Assembly: GCA_963719125.1 (NCBI GenBank) | Contig: CAVRAT010000015.1 | Coordinates: 77,782 to 141,781, forward strand | Direction of reading: 5' to 3' | Length of the DNA: 64,000 bases | From: an uncultured Acidimicrobiaceae bacterium | GTDB lineage: Bacteria > Actinomycetota > Acidimicrobiia > Acidimicrobiales > Bog-793 | Part shown: one piece after another, positions 17,036-26,036 of the stretch | Position numbering within the stretch: position 1 is the stretch's first letter | Layout: each line of letters begins with the position of its first letter | The notes under the pieces: generated by a model | What the model saw: only the letters and a program-made list of their open reading frames with translations | Databases searched by the model: none | Told to the model about the DNA's origin: nothing | Made by a program: the position numbers and the translations under genes

Positions 17036-18119
17036 ATGACAAGCGTTGTGAACATCAACGACGTGCTCGACGGTCACGTCAGTCTGGAGATCGACTGCAT
17101 CGACCGCCTGCTGCTCAACGCCTACGTCCCCAATCTGCAAGTAAGTGGTCAGGTGGTCACCTTCCTCACCGGACACCTCGGCTTCCCGGTCCCGTCACCG
17201 GCGCTGCTCGAGAAGATCGGCAACCGTTTTCGTCGAGAGGTGAAGGCCTTTGCCGCCGAGCACAACGTGCCGGTCCTCACCTTGAAAAAGCCCGATCGGA
17301 CGCGATGGGACGACCGCAAGCTCGCCCATGTCCGTCCCTACCTCGAAAGGGCCGAGGCCGAGCACCGCACCGGCGTCGTCGCCATCGTCCAGGCCCAGGA
17401 GTTCCAGTGGGTGTTCAGCGCGAAGAACCGTTCGAGCACGCCGGGGGGTTGTGAGCTTCGACTTCGTGAAAGAAGAACGCCGGGTCGGGATCTACTACTT
17501 CTACGTTCTCGATGCCGAGTTCGGACCCGGCTTCATCAAGATCTGCACGTACTTCCCCTATCCGTCCAAGGTCTGGTTGAACGGTCACGAGTGGGCCAAG
17601 CGTCAGGCTCGGCGCGAGGGCCTCAGTTTCGGCGAGCTCGCGAACGGCTTCTCCTCGTGCGAGGACCCTCAAGCCCTCCAGGCGATCTGTGACCGGCTCG
17701 GCCCGCGTGACATCGAAGACTTCATTACCCGGTGGACCGCTGTCATCCCACTCCCGGTCACCGCCGAGGACAAGAACGCCGGATACTTCTTCGAGCTCTC
17801 CATGCGCCAGGTCGAGGTCTCTCGCACGCTCGTCTTCGACGACCCTCGCCGAGCCAGAGGTTTCTTCGAGTCGCTCGTCACCGACAACATCGGCATCGGG
17901 CGCCCCCACGAGGTCCACGCCGTGTTCGGGCGCGACCGGCGTGGCCGCACCACTGCTCAGCCCTTCGCGACCAGGGTCTTCAGCCCCGGGACCGAAGTGA
18001 AGATGGACTTTCGCTACAAGAACAGTCGCGTCAAGCAGTATCTGAAGGAAGGGAGGGCACTACGTATCGAGACCGTCATCAACAAGCCCGCGGACATCGG
18101 CGTCCTCGCCCGGCTCGGG
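17036..18119 (+). pseudogene. Conserved actinobacterial hypothetical protein (possibly IS-associated), frameshifted and 3'-truncated
   Basis: MTSVVNINDVLDGHVSLEIDCIDRLLLNAYVPNLQV..FSAKNR.. continues in another frame after a G6 run (17443-17448) as ..FDFVKEERRVGIYYFYVLD..SRVKQYLKEGRALRIETVINKP. Homology ends near 18117. Confidence 0.6.
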
Positions 18120-18555
18120 CCGATTGTGGGTGTCCCGTTTCCTGTTGCCTTTCGGCCGCCGGCATCGGCTTCTCGGGTCATCCGCTGCCCACCGGGGGAT
18201 TGGGCCTTCCTTGCGGTCGGCTTACCGGGGCACGTCACCGCGCCCGGACCCCGTCGGGATTACCACGTTCCACACGCACGAGATGCGACCGGGGTGGGTG
18301 CCTCCTGTATCTCGAGGGCGGCGGTGCTCACCCGGTTGACAAAAAATCCCCGACCGGCGCCTGCCGTTTTACAGCGGCCAGCCCCTCCACCCCGCCTACC
18401 ACATGCCATCAGGCGAGGCTCACGCATAACAAGACATCAACGGAGGTTCACGCAATTCACCCGTCCGGTCTGCCCCTTGCCCGTGACCCCCAGATGGAAC
18501 AGGGGTCCTTCGGCTTTCCCTTGGGCTTCGCACCCCGCTGTTACCAGCGACGCAC
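18120..18555 (-). ncRNA. Probable group II intron 5' fragment (domains I-III), truncated before the IEP ORF
   Basis: The minus strand starts with GTGCG (18555-18551), followed by a GC-rich stretch with many short complementary segments (..GGTAACAGCGGGGTGCGAAGCC..CCGGTAAGCCGACCGCAAGGAAGGC..GAAAGGCAACAGGAAACGGGACAC). No coding potential. Identified by eye only. Confidence 0.45.
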
Positions 18556-18659
18556 GCCAAGGGCGGGGCCAGGCCTTCGAGCACGGGCCTGGGACTACGC
18601 CTCCGGCATAGGCCGGGCCTCCGATCTGCGAGCCCGCTCGCTACGTGCGACCTCGTGTC

Positions 18660-19230
18660 GCAGCTTCTTCTTGGTGTCGACACTGATCACCGGCTGGTTG
18701 CCGCCGAGAAAGGTGGTAGCCATCCCGTTCAGGTAGGAGAACTGCGCGTCCCGGTCGGGGTGAGTGGTTCCCTCCTTTTCCTTGGTCGGTGCCTGCAGGG
18801 AGTAGCCGAGCGACTTCAAGATCCGCCCGACGGTGTCGTCGGAGACCTTGAAGCCCTTTTGGACCAAGGCGTCTGCAAGGTGCCGAGTCGACTTCGATGT
18901 CCAGCGAAGCAGTGACATCGGGTTGCCGCGGGTATCGGGGTGGACGAGCTCGTCGAGGGCTTGGAGGAGTCCCGGCTGCTTGTCGATGAGCGGCCGGTCG
19001 CCGCCGCCCTTCACTCGTAGGCGCTCGGACGGCTCAATGCCGTCTTCCACCTCGCGCTCTGCTTTGATCACGGTGTTGCGGCTCATGCCTGAAGCCTAGG
19101 CGACCGCACTCTTGCCGCCGCGTCCGAGCATGCGTGAACAGGCCCCCGATACGACACGGCGCTGTCGCTCGTTCAGATGGGGCAGGACGGTCTCGAAGAA
19201 TCGCGCGAGCTCCTCTTGTCCGACCTCCAC
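18660..19230 (-). pseudogene. ISAzo13-family transposase, N-terminal fragment with an in-frame stop
   Basis: VEVGQEELARFFETVLPHLNERQRRVVSGACSRMLGRGGKSAVA*ASGMSRNTV..LLRWTSKSTRHLADAL..HPDRDAQFSYLN..QPVISVDTKKK. TAG at 19096-19098. Truncated after DTKKK. Confidence 0.75.
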
Positions 19231-19270
19231 AACCCCATATTACTACGCGCGTTCTAACATGCGGTGGACC

Positions 19271-20096
19271 CTAACCGACTCCGCTCGTCGCTCGGGCCCA
19301 AGGCGCCCGCCGACGCCATATCGGCCACCGGCCCGTCTCGACTTGCAGGTCGTCGAACGAGGTCAGGCCGACGCTAGCGAGGACCTCGAGGGCACCCTCG
19401 TACGCGACCTCACGGTCGTAGCTCGTCGCGACCGGGGTCAGGTGCCGCATGCCCGCCGCGTCGACGATGCCGAGCTGCAGCGATCCCGCCGCCATGGCGA
19501 AGTGCACCTCCAGCCCCCAGCCCATGACGAGGGACTCGGGGAACGGCAGGCAGGCCATCCACGCGGGGCGACAGCAAGACCAGGGGGCCTTGCTCGATAT
19601 AGCGGGTCGTGCGGGCAACGGAGCTCAATCGCTGGCCGTTGATCTTCCAGCTGTGGTAGCTCCGGGCGAGGTGCGCCGGCTGGCTCACGTCGAGCGCGGC
19701 GATCTGCGCGATGCGGATGAAGAGCCGGAGCTGGCCTCGGGGCATCTTGATGTCGTCGTCGGTGATGAGCAGCCAGCGATCGCTCCCCTCCCCCGACGCA
19801 TTGGCGCACAGCCGGTTGAGCAGCTCGATCCGCGTGCCCGGTCCGGTGCCGACGGTGATCGACGCGAGCTGCTCGTCGATCTCGTCGAGTGCCCACAGGT
19901 GAACCATGGCTTGCGGTACGCATGCCATGAGGTTCGTCACCCGGGCGGCGTTCCGGCGCCGGTAGACGCAGCAGAAGTCGAGGGCGGGCAACGATTGGCC
20001 AACGCCCGACACCACCCCGGCAAGCAGGCTCCCCGCATGGAGTGGTTGGAAGAGCTGGCGGACCACGAGTGAAGGAGGAACGTCACGCAACGCCAT
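19271..20096 (-). pseudogene. Uncharacterised GT-A-like protein (LLITDDDIKMP), apparent 1-nt frameshift near 19571-19580
   Basis: The protein-like N-part (MALRDVPPSL..WLLITDDDIKMP..RYIEQGPLVLLSP) continues in another frame (AWMACLPFPESLVMGWGLEVHFAMAAGSLQLGIVDAAGMRHL..). The longer 587-aa ORF upstream is antisense shadow. Confidence 0.55.
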
Positions 20097-20315
20097 ACGA
20101 CGGGTCCGTCCTTTCACGATCACCCGCGTGCATCGCGACCTCGCGGGCACGAGGAGGACAACGGCATCGAGTGCCGCCGGTCCCCGCCTGCCGAGGCGTC
20201 CGACCTCGTGACAAGCAGGTTCTCGATGGCACCACGGTACTGCCCCGATGGCCGCCCGACCATCGGGGTGAGAGCGCAGCACCGCGAGCGACAAGCTTGC
20301 TAGCATGCTAGTTGC

Positions 20316-21203
20316 ATGGCTGCCGAGACAGGGGCGTCTGCTGTGTTCGAATACCGCCATGGCACTGTGCCGGTCTTTGCGCGTCGGGTCGTCCGCACCA
20401 GTCGGTACTTCTTGCTCGACCGGTTGCCCCAACTCAGAAAGGCTCCTCGACAGTACCTCTATGAGTTTGTTCGGAGCCGCATCGGAGGTGACGACGAGCG
20501 TCGGCTGCTGATCCAGGCACGTGGGAATAACGACGTCTGCTGGGCCGCAACAGACGAAGCCGAACCGCTCGTCACTGTCCGGATCGCCACTTACAACCGC
20601 GGGCCGCTGGTCGCCGAGCGTGCCATCTCCTCGGCTATCCGGCAAACCTATGAACGGCTCGAAATTCTCGTCGTCGGTGACCACTGCGATGAGCCGACCG
20701 AGCGAGCAGTGAAGTCGATCAAAGATCCTCGTCTGCGCTTCATCAACTTGGCCGAGCGCGGCCTGTATCCAACCGATCCCTGGCGGCGGTGGATGGTGGC
20801 CGGAAGCACACCGATGAACGCAGCACTCGCGATCGCTCAGGGAGCATGGATCGCCCCTTGCGACGACGACGACGAGCTCACCGACAATCACGTCGAGGTC
20901 CTGATCCATGAAGCGCGCCGGCGACGGCTCGAGTTCGTATGGAGCAAAGCAGCGATGGAGGTCACAGCAGGCACCTGGGCCGAGGTCGGCAAATGGCCGC
21001 TTGCCTGCGAAGGCATCACCCACGGGTCGGTGCTCTATGCCGGAGGGCTTCGGTTCTTCCGCCACAACGAGAACAGCTGGAAGCTCGACGAGCCCGGGGA
21101 TTGGAACTTGTGGAGGCGAATGCAGGCTGCCGGGGTCAAGATGGGTTTCGTTGACCAAGTGACGTACCGGCACTATCTCGAAGCGTATAGTCGAGGCAAC
21201 TAA
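20316..21203 (+). CDS. Family 2 glycosyltransferase
   Basis: VTVRIATYNRGPLVAERAISSAIRQTYERLEILVVGDHCDE..IAPCDDDDEL: GT2 signature with a DxD motif. Confidence 0.85.
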   Translation: MAAETGASAVFEYRHGTVPVFARRVVRTSRYFLLDRLPQLRKAPRQYLYEFVRSRIGGDDERRLLIQARGNNDVCWAATDEAEPLVTVRIATYNRGPLVAERAISSAIRQTYERLEILVVGDHCDEPTERAVKSIKDPRLRFINLAERGLYPTDPWRRWMVAGSTPMNAALAIAQGAWIAPCDDDDELTDNHVEVLIHEARRRRLEFVWSKAAMEVTAGTWAEVGKWPLACEGITHGSVLYAGGLRFFRHNENSWKLDEPGDWNLWRRMQAAGVKMGFVDQVTYRHYLEAYSRGN

Positions 21204-22298
21204 GTGATCCCGATCGTCCGCCCATCGCTCCCGCCGCTAGAGGACTACGTGACCCTGCTCGAGCGCATCTGGGAAACGAGGATGTTGTCGAACTTCTCCG
21301 AGTTCGCCCAGCTGTTCGAGGCGCAAGCTGCGACCTATCTCGAAGTCCCCGAAACCAGAGGAGTCGTCTCGTGCGACATCGGGCTCATAATCACGCTGAA
21401 ATCGCTCGGTTTGCCGGACGGAGCACCCTGTTTCCTCTCGGACTTCACCTTCAACTCGACGGCCAACGCCGCTGTATGGGCCGGGTTGCGCCCGGTGCTT
21501 GTCGATGTCGACCGGTTCACGTTCAACATGAGCTACGAATCGCTGGCCCAGGCGATGCGAGATCAGCCGCCCGGAGTGGTCCTCGCGACACACGCCTTTG
21601 GGAACCCATGTGACGTCGATTCTCTCAAGCTGGAAGCGGACGCCCACGGCTCTCGACTTGTCTTCGACGCCGCGCACGCCTACGGAAGCATGCGCGGCGG
21701 GACGAAGGTCGGAGGCCTAGGTGATGCCGAGGTCTTCAGCTTCAGTGGCACCAAGGTGGTCACGATGGCCGAGGGCGGCCTGATCGCCACCCACGACCCC
21801 GATCTCGCCGAGCGAATCACATACATCCGAGCTTACGGATTCCAGAACGACTACATCTCGCGTCTTTGCGGTTTGAATGGCAAGCTCTCCGAGCTGCACG
21901 CTGCTCTCGGAACTCTGGAAATCGACCTGATCGAGCCGCTGCTCAAACAGCGTCTCAGCCTGCTCGCCCACTATCACGGACGACTCGAAGATCTGGTCGG
22001 CTGGCAGTACGTCCGCGACACCGATCGCAGTACTTTCAAGGACCTGGCACTCGACTTGGGCACCGCGCAGCGTCGAATGGCGGTGGAAAGAGCACTAACC
22101 GATGCCGACGTGGAGTCCAAGCGTTACTTCGTCCCGCTGCACACCATGCCCGCCTACGAGCGGTTCGCCGAGCCCGCGGGCTACCCGATCACCGATGAAC
22201 TGCACCTTAGGCTGCTTTGTGTTCCGCTTTTTGCCGACTTGGCGCTCGACGATGTGGACCATATCTGCGACTTGGTTGTCGGAGCCTTGCGCTCCTGA
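21204..22298 (+). CDS. DegT/DnrJ/EryC1/StrS-family PLP-dependent sugar aminotransferase
   Basis: IPIVRPSLP..DFTFNSTANA..FDAAHAYGS..FSFSGTKVVTMAEGG (PLP lysine motif). GTG start immediately after the upstream stop. Confidence 0.9.
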   Translation: MIPIVRPSLPPLEDYVTLLERIWETRMLSNFSEFAQLFEAQAATYLEVPETRGVVSCDIGLIITLKSLGLPDGAPCFLSDFTFNSTANAAVWAGLRPVLVDVDRFTFNMSYESLAQAMRDQPPGVVLATHAFGNPCDVDSLKLEADAHGSRLVFDAAHAYGSMRGGTKVGGLGDAEVFSFSGTKVVTMAEGGLIATHDPDLAERITYIRAYGFQNDYISRLCGLNGKLSELHAALGTLEIDLIEPLLKQRLSLLAHYHGRLEDLVGWQYVRDTDRSTFKDLALDLGTAQRRMAVERALTDADVESKRYFVPLHTMPAYERFAEPAGYPITDELHLRLLCVPLFADLALDDVDHICDLVVGALRS

Positions 22299-22307
22299 AG
22301 GAGGAGC

Positions 22308-23018
22308 CTAGGGTTTCCGATCCGCGAGCGGGCGAGCGGGAATGCCAACCACGGTGCAGTTCGCCGGCAAGTTCTTCGTCACGACAGCTCCCGCTCCGAC
22401 TCTGGTACCGCGTCCGACTGTGACTCCTGGAAGGAACGCCGCGCCGGTTCCGCACTCGACGCCGTCGTGAAGCGTAACGTGCCCGGCGATGTTCACCCCG
22501 GGGCTGACTGTCACGTAATCACCTAGAACACAGTCGTGGCTGACGGTGCTATTGACATTAAGATGGACATGACGTCCTAGGCGAACGTTTGTTGTCACCC
22601 TCACGCCAGCGGTGATGACTGCCCCTGGGGCGATTTCGCACTTTGCCCCGATCGTCGCAGATGGATGAATCAGAGTAGCTGCGACCCATCCGGCCTTGGT
22701 TAGCCGCTCATCGAGCGATTCCCGCGCGGCTGAGGACCCAATTCCGATCACGAAGCGCGCTTGCAGACCGGCAACTGCGCCGTCCACACCGTAGGCACCG
22801 CCGACATCCAGCTGGTCGACTGCCCCTAGGAATGGCACCCCGAGCGCCTCGAGCTCGTCCAGGTCCCCACCACCGTCCGCGACGAACCCGAGGAAATTCC
22901 AGGTCGGCACAACTGTGTCCATGGCCTTGATGACGTCGAGAAGTTCTCGTCCGTGTCCGCCAGCTCCAACTATGACAAGTGGGGTTCTCGTCGATGATTC
23001 ACAGAGCACTTCCTTCAT
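22308..23018 (-). CDS. NeuD/PglD-type sugar N-acetyltransferase (left-handed beta-helix)
   Basis: N-terminal Rossmann-like LVIVGAGGHGRELLDV..FLGFVAD, followed by hexapeptide repeats (..IGAKCEIAPGAVITAGVRV..VSPGVNIAGHVTL..). Confidence 0.85.
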   Translation of the reverse strand: MKEVLCESSTRTPLVIVGAGGHGRELLDVIKAMDTVVPTWNFLGFVADGGGDLDELEALGVPFLGAVDQLDVGGAYGVDGAVAGLQARFVIGIGSSAARESLDERLTKAGWVAATLIHPSATIGAKCEIAPGAVITAGVRVTTNVRLGRHVHLNVNSTVSHDCVLGDYVTVSPGVNIAGHVTLHDGVECGTGAAFLPGVTVGRGTRVGAGAVVTKNLPANCTVVGIPARPLADRKP

Positions 23019-23132
23019 GCCGCTAAGCGTACGACAGTGCCTCTCTGACCTGAAAGCTCTGAACTCAGCACGCGCGAGGTCAGGGTGCGGGGCGGAGCCC
23101 CGCTCGGGGCGGAGCCCCGAGGTTCGGTTGGC

Positions 23133-23415
23133 TCAGGCGGCTTCGGTGGGCTCGACGCTCACGCGGTAACCGAGCCAGGTACTGAACGGCCCCGCCGCGG
23201 TCGTACTCGAACTCGACGCGTTTCGTGCCCGAGGCGCTAAAGCAAGGCTCTCATGGCAGCGGATACGGGCCTGGATGGAGGTCTTCTCATCGGCGGAGAC
23301 CACGTAGTCCGCTTTGCCGAGGGGCCTTCCCTCCCACTCCCGGGCGTAGAGGTCGAGCACCCGGGCGGCCTTGGTTCCAAAGCCACGGTCGCGGGGAAAG
23401 AAGTCGTCAACTACG
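23133..23415 (-). pseudogene. IS630-family transposase internal fragment
   Basis: ..SFPRDRGFGTKAARVLDLYAREWEGRPLGKADYVVSADEKTSIQAR.. then decays. The motif (D/S)ADEKTSIQA is typical of IS630/Tc1-like transposases. Confidence 0.55.
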
Positions 23416-23706
23416 TCTGATGGAGACGGTCAGGCCAGAAGTGTCCGGGCGACCCACCCGTTTCGTCCGTGGTCAGGTCGGGAGTTCCTGTTCCTCTCCG
23501 TCGGTCACAACTGGGGCGAGGACAGGGTGTTCTTCCTCGACGATGACGGCGTCAAACACTCGTTGCCCCTTAGCTGGACAGACGCGGCGTCTGTTGACGT
23601 GTTCGTCGCTCTCGCCGCCGGGCGCAGCCCGTTTCGCGTCGACGACCTCATCGTGCTGGCGGATCTGGTGGCGCGACTGTCACGAGCTGCCGATGAAGAC
23701 GTGTAA
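23371..23706 (+). CDS. DUF5372-family small protein (start uncertain)
   Basis: ..THPFRPWSGREFLFLSVGHNWGEDRVFFLDDDGVKHSLPLSWTDAASVDVFVALAAGRSPFRVDDLIVLADLV. By recollection this matches DUF5372 (Y4bD/Y4pK-like). The 5' part overlaps the IS630 remnant, so the real start is probably downstream or lost. Confidence 0.6.
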   Translation: MVPKPRSRGKKSSTTSDGDGQARSVRATHPFRPWSGREFLFLSVGHNWGEDRVFFLDDDGVKHSLPLSWTDAASVDVFVALAAGRSPFRVDDLIVLADLVARLSRAADEDV

Positions 23707-23888
23707 GGCGAATTATGCCGGTGATGTAAGGTGAATTACGCCGAGGCAATCGAAGTGTCCACCAGTATCTTCGGTGTAGATCCGCAGATTGCCCAGCATG
23801 AGGGCATTAATAGAGAACTGATGCCTTGACAGCGTCCGATAAGGAGGCATAATGATACTTACACCAATGTGGTTCGGAAGGAGAGCCG

Positions 23889-24356
23889 GTGGCCAAGAAG
23901 GCAAGTGACCCGAAGATCGAGGCGCTTCAGGCGCAGCGGTGCTTGAACCCCCATCCCGAAGCGGTGATCGACGAAGCGTTCTCGGCCTCGGAGTTCCTCG
24001 ATCCCCGGGACCTCGTGCAGGTGAAGTACGAGATGGTGCGCCGGGTGCGGGTCGAGGGCGACACGGTCGTCTCCGCGGCCGCCGAGTTCGGGTTCTCCCG
24101 GCCCTCGTTCTACGAAGCGGCGGCGGCATTGGACCGTGGTGGCCTGCCCGCCCTTGTCCCGGCCCGTCCCGGGCCCCGCCGGGCGCACAAGTTGACTGAC
24201 GAGATCGTCGCCTTCGCAAGGGCCGCCACCGAGGAGGACCCGACGCTTCGCGCAAGGGATCTCGTCGTGAGGGTCGAGGAGCGCTTCTCGCTCAGCGTGC
24301 ATCCACGTTCGATCGAGCGGGCACTGGCCCGCCAGCCCAAAAGTCCCGGCCGGTGA
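23889..24356 (+). CDS. Helix-turn-helix DNA-binding protein (mobile-element associated)
   Basis: ..FLDPRDLVQVKYEMVRRVRVEGDTVVSAAAEFGFSRPSFYEAAAALDRGGLPALVP.RPGPRRAHKL: an HTH followed by a winged-helix-like region. Sits between the DUF5372 and LSR genes. Confidence 0.7.
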   Translation: MAKKASDPKIEALQAQRCLNPHPEAVIDEAFSASEFLDPRDLVQVKYEMVRRVRVEGDTVVSAAAEFGFSRPSFYEAAAALDRGGLPALVPARPGPRRAHKLTDEIVAFARAATEEDPTLRARDLVVRVEERFSLSVHPRSIERALARQPKSPGR

Positions 24357-24414
24357 ACCGGCTCGCCAAGACGGCGCGGATCTGGCCCGCCGCTACGAGG
24401 AGCTGCGGCGGCGT

Positions 24415-24618
24415 GTGCTTTGCGGGGAGATCGACGGACACCGGCTCGGTCTCTCTGTGCTGTTACGCCAAGGCGTCACGGCGTGGATGCGAGCCGCTTG
24501 CAGCATCCCCACAGCCCCCGCTCCGGCACCCCCAGCACGCCCAGACGGCGACACCGAGCCCTTGGTGGCTGTGCTCGTCTCCCTGTGGCGCTTGCATGTC
24601 ATCGAGTCTGAGCGATGA
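24415..24618 (+). CDS. Possible small ORF overlapping the recombinase start
   Basis: The frame is open from upstream (..ARRYEELRRRVLCGEIDGHRLGLSVLLRQGVTAWMRA..) and ends 4 nt into the LSR fragment. Same position as 4207-4341. No canonical start found upstream of 24415. Confidence 0.25.
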   Translation: MLCGEIDGHRLGLSVLLRQGVTAWMRAACSIPTAPAPAPPARPDGDTEPLVAVLVSLWRLHVIESER

Positions 24619-25140
24619 GCGTCGAAGTCGCCCACAAGGTCAGCGCGGCACACCTGTCGCGCACGGCCTACCTCTATGTACGGCAGAGCACGCTTCGCCA
24701 GGTAATGGAGAACACCGAGTCCGCCGCCCGTCAGTACGCGCTGCGCCAGCGGGCGGTCGCCCTGGGCTGGGCCGTCGACCAGATCGTGGTGATCGACACC
24801 GACCAAGGCCAGTCGGGCGCGTCTGCGGCCGACCGCGAAGGGTTCTGTCGCCTCGTCGCGGAAGTCGGCATGGACCGGGTGGGGATAGTGCCCGGCCTCG
24901 AGGTGTCCCGGCTCACCCGCAACAACGCAGACTGGCACCGCCTGCTCGAGCTGTGCTCGCTCTCTTCCACCTTGATCTGCGACGAAGACGGGCTCTATGA
25001 CCCGTGCGACTTCAACGACCGGCTCCTTTTGGGGCTGAAGGGCACGATGTCAGAAGCAGAGCTCCACTTCATCCCGCGCGCCTGCGGGGCGGCATCTTGT
25101 CCAAGGCGCGGCGCGGTGAGCTCAAGGTGCCGCTCCCTCG
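24615..25140 (+). pseudogene. Large serine recombinase, N-terminal (resolvase-domain) fragment, frameshifted and truncated
   Basis: AYLYVRQSTLRQ..VSRLTRNNADWHRLLELC..LLLGLKGTMSEAELHFI parallels 4328-6559. It continues in another frame (ARLRGGILSKARRGELKVPLP) and then stops. Confidence 0.8.
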
Positions 25141-25145
25141 CGCTC

Positions 25146-25510
25146 GGATGACGCATCTCGAGAAAGCTGAACAGCCCCGAGATCGCCGCGAGGCGGCGAT
25201 TGATCGTGCTCGGCGCGAACCCGAGGGCGCGGCCGCTCGCCAACGGGATCACGTCGTCGTGCTGGCCGCTGCGTCGCGTCATGCGGCATGCCGCGAGGTA
25301 GCGCAGCAAGGCGTCGGTGTCGACCGCTTTGAAGCGCAGCCCTTCCGTGCGCAGCCACCGGGTGAAGTGCAAGAGGTCGAAGGCATAGGCGCGCACGATG
25401 GCGGGCGAGTAGTTCCGGTCGGCGAGATAGGCGAGGTAGTCGTTGCACAGCTTGAGGTCCGGCGCCGAACTGTCTCCGGCGAGTCGCCAGCGCTCGCCGC
25501 CTCCGGATTC
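25146..25510 (-). pseudogene. Tyrosine recombinase N-terminal (SAM-like domain) fragment
   Basis: ..CNDYLAYLADRNYSPAIVRAYAFDLLHFTRWLRTEGLRFKAVDTDALLRYLAACR..STINRRLAAISGLFSFLEMR. No catalytic domain follows. Confidence 0.55.
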
Positions 25511-25655
25511 ACAGCGCTCCTTCCATGACACATGAGAAACGCAGCATGAGCCGGTGGAGCGCAAGAGGGAAAGCCCGTGGATTCTTCGAATGCCATTGTC
25601 CCCAAAATCCACAGGATCCACAGGCAACTACTACTACAGACGGATCATTGACCGG

Positions 25656-26036
25656 TTAAAGGGCCAGGCGACAGATGAGCTCGACGGTCTCTGCGGGAAG
25701 CGTCGGTCGACAAGGTCGGCAGTGCGGGTAGGTCCATCGCCATCGGACGAGAGAGCGATGCCAGTCGAGGATCATCTGCGGGGAGACGAGGAACGAGCGC
25801 AATCGATCACGGGGAAGCAGCTGGGCGAGCAAGACGATCACCGCTCGGTCGGACCAGGTGAGGCGCGGTCGCTTTACTTGGCGTCGCAGAACCGCGAGCT
25901 GGTGGAGCAGCACGAGAATCTCCGCGTCCTTCGCGAATCTGATGTCCATCTGGTGGACGCGGAGGAGTTCGAGGGCGCGCCGAAGGAGGCGATGGAAAGA
26001 CACAGAGCCACGGACTGGCAGCTTCGCCCAGCACAT
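25656..26036 (-). pseudogene. rve-type integrase/transposase N-terminal fragment
   Basis: ..DAEILVLLHQLAVLRRQVKRPRLTWSDRAVIVLLAQLLPRDRLRSFLVSPQMILDWHRSLVRWRWTYP.. is the characteristic N-terminus of a common actinobacterial integrase family. The catalytic core is absent. Confidence 0.55.

Noticed and set aside
20097-21173. Upstream two-thirds of the 587-aa minus-strand ORF 19410-21173
   Set aside because: It runs antisense through the well-supported GT2 gene 20316-21203. The composition is Arg/Pro/Gly-rich with no family resemblance, which is typical high-GC shadow ORF. Only the part from the ATG at 20096 downstream looks like protein.
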